From Candidatus Cloacimonadota bacterium (GTDB lineage Bacteria > Cloacimonadota > Cloacimonadia > G963667145): a stretch of DNA of 64,000 bases. The notes below the pieces were generated by a model that saw only the letters and a list, made by a program, of their open reading frames with translations, was not told the DNA's origin and made no database searches. Below, one piece after another: positions 9,673 through 18,267 of the stretch (position 1 is its first letter; every line of letters begins with the position of its first letter). The stretch lies in NCBI GenBank assembly GCA_963676615.1, contig OY781092.1:1440001-1504000 (forward strand), read 5' to 3'. A program made the position numbers and the translations under genes.

Positions 9673-10560
9673 TTACGCAAAATATTCTCTCCAATCGCTC
9701 GGAAAACCCATTTTTTCCAAAAATTCTTCACCTTCCACAAGCATTTTTTTCATTTTGTCCGACCAATCAGACGAAAAATCGATTTTATCAACAATCATTT
9801 TCATCAGCAAAATCGTCAAAAAAATCTTGTCGTTCCGAAACCCACTATCTCGCCAATCTTTACAATTCTTCGGAATTTTAGGTCTTATCGCCAGCTTCCT
9901 GTTCCACAATCGCGAGTGATGTGCGCAAAGATTACGCACATAGCAGAAATTTTTCATCCAAGAAGTCAACACCAAATGATGAACACCAAAAGAAGAAGCA
10001 ATCTCCCTTTTTAAAGAATTGTCTAGCCCTTCAAAAAAAAGGCTTATCGAACCAAAAGAAAAAAGCTCCACAGCCATCCAAATCGGCAAAATTTTATGAA
10101 AACGCCCATACTTTTCAAAAAAATGCGTAACAAAAACCTCTTTGCTTCGGTCAGTTTCCCTTTTTACCCTCAAAAAGAAGCTTTTGAACTCTTTTTTCGT
10201 CATTTTGGGGAAATTTTCTTCGTTTTCATACTCAAAACAACCAAATTTATGCGAAAAACAGTAGGCAACCGTCGTTTTAAAATAGACTTCTATTTTTTTT
10301 AGCCCCTCGAACAATAAAAATCTCAAACTCTTATCAAACTCATAAATCTTTAAAATTTGAGCTAAATTTGTATTTTTTTTGAAAAAATTCGACTCTTTTT
10401 CCCGAAAAAGACAAAGATATCCGCTCAATCGGTAATAATTTATAGATTTTAGCACAATAATAAGCTTTTTTCGATCAGACTGCAAACCCCTTGCCAAAAG
10501 CAAGTCAGCCTGCTGGTCAAAAGTTAAAGGAATTTTGGAATATTTCACGCAAGTTTTCAT
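9673..10560 (-). CDS. Abi_2/AbiF family HEPN protein
   Basis: INYYRLSGY, YEFDKSLR, LPIWMAVELFSFG, HEPN motif RNLCAHHSRLWN; AT-rich. Confidence 0.9.
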   Translation of the reverse strand: MKTCVKYSKIPLTFDQQADLLLARGLQSDRKKLIIVLKSINYYRLSGYLCLFREKESNFFKKNTNLAQILKIYEFDKSLRFLLFEGLKKIEVYFKTTVAYCFSHKFGCFEYENEENFPKMTKKEFKSFFLRVKRETDRSKEVFVTHFFEKYGRFHKILPIWMAVELFSFGSISLFFEGLDNSLKREIASSFGVHHLVLTSWMKNFCYVRNLCAHHSRLWNRKLAIRPKIPKNCKDWRDSGFRNDKIFLTILLMKMIVDKIDFSSDWSDKMKKMLVEGEEFLEKMGFPSDWREYFA

Positions 10561-10561
10561 A

Positions 10562-10612
10562 AAAATAAAACCCTTCGAGTGAGCTTACATTCAGAGGCCC
10601 GAAGGGTATGTT
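10562..10612 (-). ncRNA. abiF-type RNA hairpin (putative RNA antitoxin / leader)
   Basis: Minus strand ACCCUUCGGG-CCUCUGAAUGUAAGCUCA-CUCGAAGGGU-UUUAUUUUU immediately before the abiF ATG; TTGACA at 10641-10646 (minus). Confidence 0.7.
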
Positions 10613-10652
10613 AAATCCAATGTTGCAAGTTTGGCATTTCTGTCAAGGATTT

Positions 10653-11240
10653 TCAGCATCTTTCCAGCACCTTTTTCACGGGCGCATAGCTTCTTCGATG
10701 TATCGGGCACGCCCCAAACTTCGCCAGCGCTTCCAGATGCGCTTTTGTCGGATAACCCTTGTGCTTCTCAAAGCCAAATCTCGGGTATTCTTTGGCAAAA
10801 TCGAGCATAATGCGATCACGAGTGACTTTTGCCAAAATCGACGCCGCAGAGATGCATTTATGCAGTCTGTCACCACCGACCACAGCTTTGGCTATCTGCG
10901 TCAAATCGTCGGGAACTTTATTGCCGTCGATCAGCACAAACTCCGCCTTTGAAGACAGCTGCCGCACCGCCTTGCTCATCCCCCGCAGAGTCGCCTGCAA
11001 GATGTTAATTTCGTCGATCTCCTGCGCACTGACCTCCACAATCGCATATCCCACAGCTTTTTCCACAATTTCGTCGTAAAGCTGCTCCCGCTTTTTCGGC
11101 GAAAGTTTTTTGGAATCGTCCAAACCAGCGATAGGTTTTTGCTTATCCAAAATCACGGCAGCCACCACTACAGGTCCAGCCAGCGGTCCTCTGCCTGCTT
11201 CATCAACGCCAGCGGTCACAAACTCTCGAAAACAGTTCAT
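10653..11240 (-). CDS. rnhB: Ribonuclease HII
   Basis: GVDEAGRGPLAGPV, DDSKKL, IDGN, SAASILAKVTRD, HKGYPT. Confidence 0.97.
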   Translation of the reverse strand: MNCFREFVTAGVDEAGRGPLAGPVVVAAVILDKQKPIAGLDDSKKLSPKKREQLYDEIVEKAVGYAIVEVSAQEIDEINILQATLRGMSKAVRQLSSKAEFVLIDGNKVPDDLTQIAKAVVGGDRLHKCISAASILAKVTRDRIMLDFAKEYPRFGFEKHKGYPTKAHLEALAKFGACPIHRRSYAPVKKVLERC

Positions 11241-11244
11241 TTTC

Positions 11245-12744
11245 CTAGAGATACAAGTCCCTTTCGCCCTGCACAGTTTTTTCGTAGTCGCGATAAAAAA
11301 TCTCCAGCAGTTTGTGCTCAGCAAAAAACGGAATTTTCTCGATTTCCGCCAGCTCTGCGGCGATCACTTTTTCGCCAGCCTGCACTGTCTCGGGGCTTGC
11401 GTAATCGTTGAGGAACTCCCGAAAAGTCAGCACAGCGTTCAGCTTGCAAAATTTTCCCTCGGTGCAACTGCGGAGCAATCCCATAATCTTGTCGCCCGTC
11501 CGCCCGCAACGATAGCCAGCGGTGCAAAACGAGCTGATGTAGCCAAGCCGCGCAAACTCTCCAACCATATGGTCTAGCGACGATTCGTCCTTCAGCTTGA
11601 ACTGCACTTTCTCGGGGTTATCGTCCTGCAACTGCTGAGCGCTGTAGGCTCCAACGCCGATTTTCGTCGAAGCGTCGGTCTGCGTGCAACCGATTTCCAT
11701 CATCTCTTTGCGAATCTCCTGCGTCTCCCTGGCGGTAATAATCATCCCCGTATAAGGCACAGAAAGGCGAAGAATCGCCACGATTTTCTTGAAGTCGGCA
11801 TCACTCACCAAATATTTGGAATTTTTACTCGCATCTGCGCCCATGGCTTCTTGCATCCGTGGAAAAGAAATCGTATGCGGACCAATGCCCGTCTGCCGTT
11901 CCAAATCGATCGCGTGATACAAAAGCCCCATCACCTCAAATCGCCAATCGTAAAGCCCAAACAAAGCGCCAATCGCCATATCGTCGATTCCTGCGTCCAT
12001 TGCCCTGTGCATCGCATACAACCGCCAGCGATAATTGCCCTTAATCGTCCCCGCTGGGTGCATTTTCGCATAAGTCGGCTTGTGATATGTCTCCTGAAAA
12101 ACCTGATAAGTGCCGATTCCCGCAGCCTTTATCTTCTTCAAATCCGCACTACACATCGGCGCCGCGTTAATATTCACTCGCCGAATATTGTTGTAGCCCT
12201 TGCCCTTTGGCGTCTTCCGTTTAACGCTGTAAACCGCCTTGACCACTTTTTCCATATAATCCGCATCCGACTGCGGATGCTCGCCAAAAACCAAAATCAG
12301 CCGCTTGTGCCCCTCGTCAACCACCGCCGCCGTCTCCTGCTTCACCTCATCCATCGTCAAAATTTTTCGCACTTCCTGCGCGTTCTCCGAGCGAAAACCG
12401 CAATACGCACAATTGTTCACACACAAATTCGCCGCATACAGCGGAGCAAAAAACACAATCCGATTATCGTAAACCTTCCGCTTGATCTCGCCAGCCGCCG
12501 CATAGACCTCCTGCCAAAGCGCCTCGTCCTTGAGGTTGATGAGCTTCGCCGTCTCTTGCGGAGAAAGCGTCTGAATCGACAGCGCCTTTTTGATAATCGC
12601 CCGAATCTCCGCAGCGCTCGGATTTGCCGCCTGCTCAATCTCCTGCCAAATCTTCGCCTCGTCGATAAAATCTTCGCCGTCCACCAAAAACTTATCGATT
12701 TCCTCCTGCTTAATCACCTGATCACACCACTCTTTCACGCTCAT
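11245..12744 (-). CDS. hydG: [FeFe]-hydrogenase H-cluster radical SAM maturase HydG
   Basis: RIVFFAPLY, CxxxCxxC (CVNNCAYC), FQETYH, GPHTISFPR, C-terminal CX5CX19C, GERDL; start at ATG 12744 after GGAGGTG. Confidence 0.93.
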   Translation of the reverse strand: MSVKEWCDQVIKQEEIDKFLVDGEDFIDEAKIWQEIEQAANPSAAEIRAIIKKALSIQTLSPQETAKLINLKDEALWQEVYAAAGEIKRKVYDNRIVFFAPLYAANLCVNNCAYCGFRSENAQEVRKILTMDEVKQETAAVVDEGHKRLILVFGEHPQSDADYMEKVVKAVYSVKRKTPKGKGYNNIRRVNINAAPMCSADLKKIKAAGIGTYQVFQETYHKPTYAKMHPAGTIKGNYRWRLYAMHRAMDAGIDDMAIGALFGLYDWRFEVMGLLYHAIDLERQTGIGPHTISFPRMQEAMGADASKNSKYLVSDADFKKIVAILRLSVPYTGMIITARETQEIRKEMMEIGCTQTDASTKIGVGAYSAQQLQDDNPEKVQFKLKDESSLDHMVGEFARLGYISSFCTAGYRCGRTGDKIMGLLRSCTEGKFCKLNAVLTFREFLNDYASPETVQAGEKVIAAELAEIEKIPFFAEHKLLEIFYRDYEKTVQGERDLYL

Positions 12745-12919
12745 AAAAGTCACCTCCTTATCAGCAAAACTTCCGTCTTCGCCATTTTCGTCCTTATTAA
12801 CTTTTGCGAAATTCCAACCAGCCAAACAGCTGTCAACCGATTTTTCGTTTAGCAACAAAAGATAAATTTAACCAAAACCACTGCCACTTTCAAAAAACTT
12901 TAGCGAACTTTCGTTTCCC

Positions 12920-14182
12920 TCAAAAATATCGCCACATTATGTAGATGTGCGAAACGCCCAAAAGCAGTGCCGTGATTGGCACGCCGTATTTCAGAAATCC
13001 GACAAAGCCGATTTTGTTGCCCGTTTTGCTTGCCATATTCGCCACAATCACATTTGCCGAAGCTCCGATTAGCGAGCCGTTTCCGCCAAGGCAAGAGCCC
13101 AAAGACAGCGCCCACCAAAGCCCGCTGGATGCGCCCGAAGCCAAATCTGCCTGCACATCTTGCAGCATCGGAATCATCGTCGCTACAAAAGGAATATTGT
13201 CCACCACAGCCGAAGCAACGCCAGAAAACCACAGCAAAACTTGAGCAGTAATGTGCACATTTCCGTGCGTAAACTCCAACATATCTTTACTCACCAGCGC
13301 TATGGCGCCAACCTCCACAAGCCCGCCAACCATAATAAACAGCCCTGCAAAAAAGAAAATGTTCGACCATTCCACCCGCCGAAAAACTCGATCCACATCA
13401 ATTTTGCAAATAATCATCAAAATCGACGCCCCCGCCATAGCGATTGTCGCCGCTTCCAGACAAACAAACCCCTGAATCGCAAAGCCCAAAATCACCAAGC
13501 CCAAAACGACCAGCGACTTGACCAGCAAGCGTTTATCCTTGATCGACTGCCGCTCGTCGAAAGCCATAATGCGCGCCTTGTCCTCGTTGCTCACCTGCAT
13601 TTTTTTGCCAAAAAGAAAATAGAACAGCACCGAAATCAGCACCAACTGAAAAGCCACTAGCGGCGCGACATTCAGCACAAAATCCATAAAAGTCAGCCCA
13701 GCGGCGCTTCCGATCATAATATTTGGCGGATCTCCAATAAGCGTCGCCGTTCCGCCGATGTTGGAGGCGAAAATCTGCGAAAGCAAAAACGGCAGCGGCG
13801 AAATTCGCAGCTCCTCGGCGATTAACACCGAAACAGGCGCAATCAAAAGCACCGTGGTGATGTTATCCAGCAAAGCCGAAAACACCGCCGTTATCAAAAA
13901 AAGCGTCACCAAAATCTTTATCGGCGAGCCACCCACGAGCTTCGCCAGCTTAATCGCCACAAACTCAAAAACGCCCGTCTGCTCAACAACGCTCACCAGC
14001 ACCATCATACTAATCAAAAGCGCAATCACATTAAAATCGATGTGATGCATCGCCGCCTCTTGCGGCAAAATATGAAAAACCAGCATACAAGATGCGCCCA
14101 ACAAAGCCACCAGCGTCTTATTTATCTTCTCCCAAGCGATCAACAAATAAGCGGCAACAAAAATTGAAACAGCCAAAACCAT
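12920..14182 (-). CDS. ArsB/NhaD/CitMHS (IT superfamily) transporter
   Basis: SALLDNITTV, ASNIGGTATLIGDPPN, DNIPF, GGNGSLIGASAN. Confidence 0.9.
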   Translation of the reverse strand: MVLAVSIFVAAYLLIAWEKINKTLVALLGASCMLVFHILPQEAAMHHIDFNVIALLISMMVLVSVVEQTGVFEFVAIKLAKLVGGSPIKILVTLFLITAVFSALLDNITTVLLIAPVSVLIAEELRISPLPFLLSQIFASNIGGTATLIGDPPNIMIGSAAGLTFMDFVLNVAPLVAFQLVLISVLFYFLFGKKMQVSNEDKARIMAFDERQSIKDKRLLVKSLVVLGLVILGFAIQGFVCLEAATIAMAGASILMIICKIDVDRVFRRVEWSNIFFFAGLFIMVGGLVEVGAIALVSKDMLEFTHGNVHITAQVLLWFSGVASAVVDNIPFVATMIPMLQDVQADLASGASSGLWWALSLGSCLGGNGSLIGASANVIVANMASKTGNKIGFVGFLKYGVPITALLLGVSHIYIMWRYF

Positions 14183-14184
14183 TT

Positions 14185-15081
14185 TTACGCTCTCAAAACC
14201 TTACTCACAAAAGAACGGTCGCTCAAAACCGCCACTGGCTTGCCCTCATCGCTAAGCACCGTCAAATGATGCCAATTATTTTTCACCATCCGAAAACCCA
14301 CATGAATCAGCTGCTCATCCAGCCTCGCAACCCGCTTATCGTCCTGCATATAAACATCTTGCACCCTCGTGCTCGACTCCTGCTGATGAAACCGCTCAAA
14401 ACTCCGACTGGTTGACATAAACCCAATCGTTGACATCAAAAACGACGAGCGCGGATACGCCGCACGCACGATATCCAGCGCGTTCAGCTTCCCTTTGTAA
14501 AAGCCATTTTCGTCCACAACTGGCAAAAATTTCAGCTCGTTTTTCTTCATAATATCCACCGCACTAGCCAAACTCTCGCCTAGACCAACGGTCAAAACCG
14601 GCTGCGAATTAATAATATCGGCAACCAGCAAACTTTTGTCCACATCCAAATCAAAACTGCGTATCAGCTCGATTAACTCCTTGCCAGAAGCTGCATTGCG
14701 GACTTTTTCGCTGTGATACTGAGCAATTTTCGCAAAAGAGGCAAGCACAAGCAAATAGCGATTGCTGCCCGAATTGGAAGTCAGCACACAATAAAAAAGA
14801 TCGGCCTTTTTCCCGCAAAAATCTATCGGCTTCTGACACTTCACAAGGGCGATAATCAAATCGTCCAGATCTTCCAACCTGCCGTGCGGCAACGAACTTC
14901 CGTCGGGAAAAACCACATAGCCGAGCTTCTCGCGCTGCAAAAAAGCGTCCAAAACCTCCTGCTTGTCCAGCGAAAACATCTGCTGCACGCGCTCTGCCAC
15001 CATCCGATAAATCTGCAGCGAATTCTGCACATCCACATTCCAAAAAATCAACTCCTGATTCAACAAATTATCCAACTTCAT
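14185..15081 (-). CDS. PTS EIIA (Ntr/Fru-type) domain + CBS-pair protein
   Basis: N-terminal EIIA (LQREKLG...LPHGR) followed by CBS pair (LPVVDENG, LTVLSDEGKP). Confidence 0.82.
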   Translation of the reverse strand: MKLDNLLNQELIFWNVDVQNSLQIYRMVAERVQQMFSLDKQEVLDAFLQREKLGYVVFPDGSSLPHGRLEDLDDLIIALVKCQKPIDFCGKKADLFYCVLTSNSGSNRYLLVLASFAKIAQYHSEKVRNAASGKELIELIRSFDLDVDKSLLVADIINSQPVLTVGLGESLASAVDIMKKNELKFLPVVDENGFYKGKLNALDIVRAAYPRSSFLMSTIGFMSTSRSFERFHQQESSTRVQDVYMQDDKRVARLDEQLIHVGFRMVKNNWHHLTVLSDEGKPVAVLSDRSFVSKVLRA

Positions 15082-15112
15082 CGCCAAACCTCCTTGAAAA
15101 AAATAAAAACCT

Positions 15113-15850
15113 CTACCACTGCGCAACCAGCTTCACCACGCTCATTATCACCGCCAAAATCAGCAAAATCTTGGCAAACTTTTCGCCATTTTTAATCGCC
15201 AAGCGACACGAAACATACGAGCCCAAACATCCGCCGACGACCAGAGCAGGAGCGTAGCGCCAAATCACCTTGCCATTATACGCCAAAATCACGACCGCCA
15301 CAAGGTTAAACGACATCAAAATCAGGAGCTTCGTCGCGTTCGCCGTCAGCAAATCTTGCTTTTTGACCAAATTCAAGCCCGCCAAAATCAAAAAACCTGT
15401 TCCCACTTGCACAAATCCTCCGTAAAATCCAACCAGCAAAAACAGCAAAATCTCCAGCCAAAACGGAATTTTTAGCTGAAAAATCGCCTTTTTGTGATGC
15501 AAAACCACAAAAAGCGCCACAAAAACGATCACGCCCGACAAAATATAGTCGAACGCCGTGTGCGACAACTCCGAAGAGTAGCGCGCGCCAACGACGCTGC
15601 CCAACAAAATCGGCACAAAAATCCGCCAGTCAAACTCCACTTTTTGGTGATTTTTGCTCAATAATCGCGCTCCCAAAAGCGACTGAAACACCAGAGCCAC
15701 GCGGAAAGTGGACAACGCCACGATAGACGGAATATCCAAAAAAAGCATCGCCGACACCACGACAATCGAGCCAGCACCAGCCATCACATTGATAAAAGCG
15801 CCCAAAAAACCAGCCAACACCAACACCAAATCCACCAAAATCTCTTCCAT
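15113..15850 (-). CDS. Sulfite exporter TauE/SafE family permease
   Basis: GAFINVMAGAGS, GFYGGFVQVGTG, ANATK; about 8 TM. Confidence 0.85.
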   Translation of the reverse strand: MEEILVDLVLVLAGFLGAFINVMAGAGSIVVVSAMLFLDIPSIVALSTFRVALVFQSLLGARLLSKNHQKVEFDWRIFVPILLGSVVGARYSSELSHTAFDYILSGVIVFVALFVVLHHKKAIFQLKIPFWLEILLFLLVGFYGGFVQVGTGFLILAGLNLVKKQDLLTANATKLLILMSFNLVAVVILAYNGKVIWRYAPALVVGGCLGSYVSCRLAIKNGEKFAKILLILAVIMSVVKLVAQW

Positions 15851-15853
15851 TTG

Positions 15854-15997
15854 TTACCTAATTTCTTTCAATTTCGCCAAAATTTCAAAAGCTGTTTCAC
15901 TTTTCAAAACCGCCGAAAGCGTTGACACTCCTTGTTCAGTAACAGCAAATGGATTAACCGAAGAATGTTTAAGATTTTTGTTTATTATCTCTTTCAT
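15854..15997 (-). pseudogene. 47-codon remnant of an ORF6N-domain DNA-binding protein gene
   Basis: Manual translation MKEIINKNLKHSSVNPFAVTEQGVSTLSAVLKSETAFEILAKLKEIR*; PFAVTEQGVSTLSAVLKS resembles the ORF6N motif PYAFTEQGVAMLSSVLKS. Confidence 0.7.
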
Positions 15998-16001
15998 AAA
16001 A

Positions 16002-17531
16002 TCATCTCCGTTTCGTATAATGCCGCAGCGATGTCACCAGCTGATAACCCAGAAAAACCGAAATAAGCTTAAAAAGGACAAAAGGCAAGGTTACTTCTGT
16101 CGTTCCACCTTCGCAAGAAACGCCACTCGTATTAAAAGGATTGATAAAACTCAAAAAATTTAACCCAAAATCAGCTAAAACAACAACTTTTTCGTTCCAC
16201 AAAAACAACAAAAACCCAAAAACAAAAAACCAAAAGATAGGCAAAAGCCAATTTTGAGAAAAATTAGAAGAATATCTACCAACAAAAAAAATAATCTTTT
16301 GAAGTAGCGGCTTTTTTTCTCGGCGATATTTGTCCATCTCCAGCGCATAAAACTTATTACCCTCAATGTAGTTGCCCTGCAAATCGTTGCTATGTTTCAG
16401 CTGCCGCAAAGTGTCCCGAGTAGGATCGATCAGCCTAGAAACAAGGTCTTCTCCCCATTTTACATTATTTAAAATAGCATTTCCTGTAGCACCAATAAAA
16501 AAAACATTTTTTAGCGTTATCGCTTTCGGATAAGAAATATCAAAATTGCTAAACTCCACACTGCTTAAGTTACTGCTTGAAAAACTTATCTCTTCCACAA
16601 CTTTTACATCGGTAAATCGAAAAATCTCAGCATTATTAACAAAATTTTTCAATTCTAGCGTTTTTACTGCCAAATCGTTAAGAAAAACCTTCGCTTTTTC
16701 GGCAAAAGTCGGATTAAAAAAAGCAATTCGCCCCATAACAATCCGCTCTTGTAAATCATCTTTCCCTTCTATATAAACCGTTTTTTCAAAAACGCAGCTT
16801 ACAAAATCAACGGATTCACAACACAATCTCTGCTCTTTAGCAAAAACAACACTTTCAAATCTAATTTTTAAGTCGCTTTCTAAACAGTCGTCGCTTAAAA
16901 AAGGTTTAAGACTAGTATTTATTCTCAACACTGCGTTTCCTATCGATTTGCCATCAAGAGCAACAAAACATTCAGTTTTGTTGTGAGAACTAAAAAATAT
17001 ACTTGAATCAGCCTGTATTTCAACCATTTTAAATGCTAAAAACTCACACTTAACATCATGGATCAAAAGTTTTCTAAGAAATTTAGTGTTAGAAAATATT
17101 AACGAAACTTTAGCTTGTCCTCTTTTAGATAAAAAACTACACTCACCAAAAGAAACTCCATCATAAAAAGAACTATCATAAAAAGTGACACTTCCATTAA
17201 AAATATTTCCCGAAAAAGAAAAAAGACCTAAAAACCAACAATTATGAAAATCAAAAGGCTTATTAAACTCTTTAAAATCAGCAGAGGAGAAATTTCCAGC
17301 AGGAAAATTTATACCAGCAAAACTATGTCTTTTTATTTCGTCGCTATCTTCATTCCTTCGCAACTCTTCTCGAAACTTTTCCCAAAACTTTTTACATTTT
17401 TCTTCCGATTTTTTCCAGTTTTTATTGTCGTACTTATCCTTATCATACCAGCTTTCCTTATCGCAATGAAAAAGACATTTACCGCCCTCATAAGCTTCTC
17501 GGGCACAGCCTTTTACAGAACAAATTGGCAC
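16002..17531 (-). CDS. Hypothetical pentapeptide-repeat-like protein with Cys/His N-terminus and C-terminal membrane segments
   Basis: CSVKGC...CLFHC; periodic F-rich repeats; hydrophobic C-terminus; GTG start with GGAGGT; low GC. Confidence 0.7.
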   Translation of the reverse strand: MPICSVKGCAREAYEGGKCLFHCDKESWYDKDKYDNKNWKKSEEKCKKFWEKFREELRRNEDSDEIKRHSFAGINFPAGNFSSADFKEFNKPFDFHNCWFLGLFSFSGNIFNGSVTFYDSSFYDGVSFGECSFLSKRGQAKVSLIFSNTKFLRKLLIHDVKCEFLAFKMVEIQADSSIFFSSHNKTECFVALDGKSIGNAVLRINTSLKPFLSDDCLESDLKIRFESVVFAKEQRLCCESVDFVSCVFEKTVYIEGKDDLQERIVMGRIAFFNPTFAEKAKVFLNDLAVKTLELKNFVNNAEIFRFTDVKVVEEISFSSSNLSSVEFSNFDISYPKAITLKNVFFIGATGNAILNNVKWGEDLVSRLIDPTRDTLRQLKHSNDLQGNYIEGNKFYALEMDKYRREKKPLLQKIIFFVGRYSSNFSQNWLLPIFWFFVFGFLLFLWNEKVVVLADFGLNFLSFINPFNTSGVSCEGGTTEVTLPFVLFKLISVFLGYQLVTSLRHYTKRR

Positions 17532-17559
17532 TATCTACCTCCCGAGCCTAAAGCAAAAT

Positions 17560-17865
17560 CTAGCTTCTTTCATAAAAAATTTTCCCCACTCTCAAAATAT
17601 GCTCCCTCAACTCTCGATTACGCAAATCGTCAAAAATCAAAAAATCGAAATGGTAAGGCAAACTGGTTTCATCATTCAAAATCTGGCTGATTTTTCGCAA
17701 ATCTTCTCTCTGCAAACCCTTTCCGAACAACGCCAAATCGACATCGCTACCCGCACGAAAATTCCCTTTAGCTCTAGAACCAAAAATAACAACTTTCTCT
17801 ATCTTGGAAATTCGGCTAATCTCGCTAATCGCCGCCAAATAGCTCTTTTCTGCCAGTCCAAACAT
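17560..17865 (-). CDS. Minimal nucleotidyltransferase (MNT/MntA-like antitoxin)
   Basis: IFGSRAKG...SDVDL, YHFDF. Confidence 0.9.
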   Translation of the reverse strand: MFGLAEKSYLAAISEISRISKIEKVVIFGSRAKGNFRAGSDVDLALFGKGLQREDLRKISQILNDETSLPYHFDFLIFDDLRNRELREHILRVGKIFYERS

Positions 17866-18258
17866 CTACTTTTTCTCAAAAAACTCTTTCAACTCTCGTA
17901 AAAGGGCAAAATATCTCTTCCGTATCAAATTCTCGATTTCCTGCGCCGTCTGTTCCTCGTATGTTTGAGCACTCAAGTTTCTATCCCCCAAAGCCTGCAG
18001 CCACTCTTCGCCATTTTCGATAAGCCCAATCTCAAAACATTTCTTAATCATCTCTCGCGGCGTTTTCACCTGCAAAAAACCCTCTTCCCACAGATAATCT
18101 TTCATCACCTTCCAAGCCAACTCAAAACAAACTTCAAAAAACTGAACCAAACCCGCTCTTTGCACGACATCTGGATTTTTGATATTCACCGCCTGCTCTA
18201 GCAAAGCAAAAGATTTTTTGAAATTGTCGAACCGCTGCTTCCAGCGCACATCTTGCAT
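17866..18258 (-). CDS. HEPN protein, HI0074 (nucleotidyltransferase substrate-binding) family
   Basis: RWKQRF, GLVQFFE.CFELAWK.MKDYL, TPRE, DRNLSAQTY. Confidence 0.9.
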   Translation of the reverse strand: MQDVRWKQRFDNFKKSFALLEQAVNIKNPDVVQRAGLVQFFEVCFELAWKVMKDYLWEEGFLQVKTPREMIKKCFEIGLIENGEEWLQALGDRNLSAQTYEEQTAQEIENLIRKRYFALLRELKEFFEKK

Positions 18259-18267
18259 TTTTCCTCC

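Noticed and set aside
11851..12852. Long antisense ORFs (also 20652-21770, 25964-26884, 41807-42883, 43078-44001, 44746-45675)
   Set aside because: These are shadows of well-supported genes caused by codon bias; they have no RBS or motifs.
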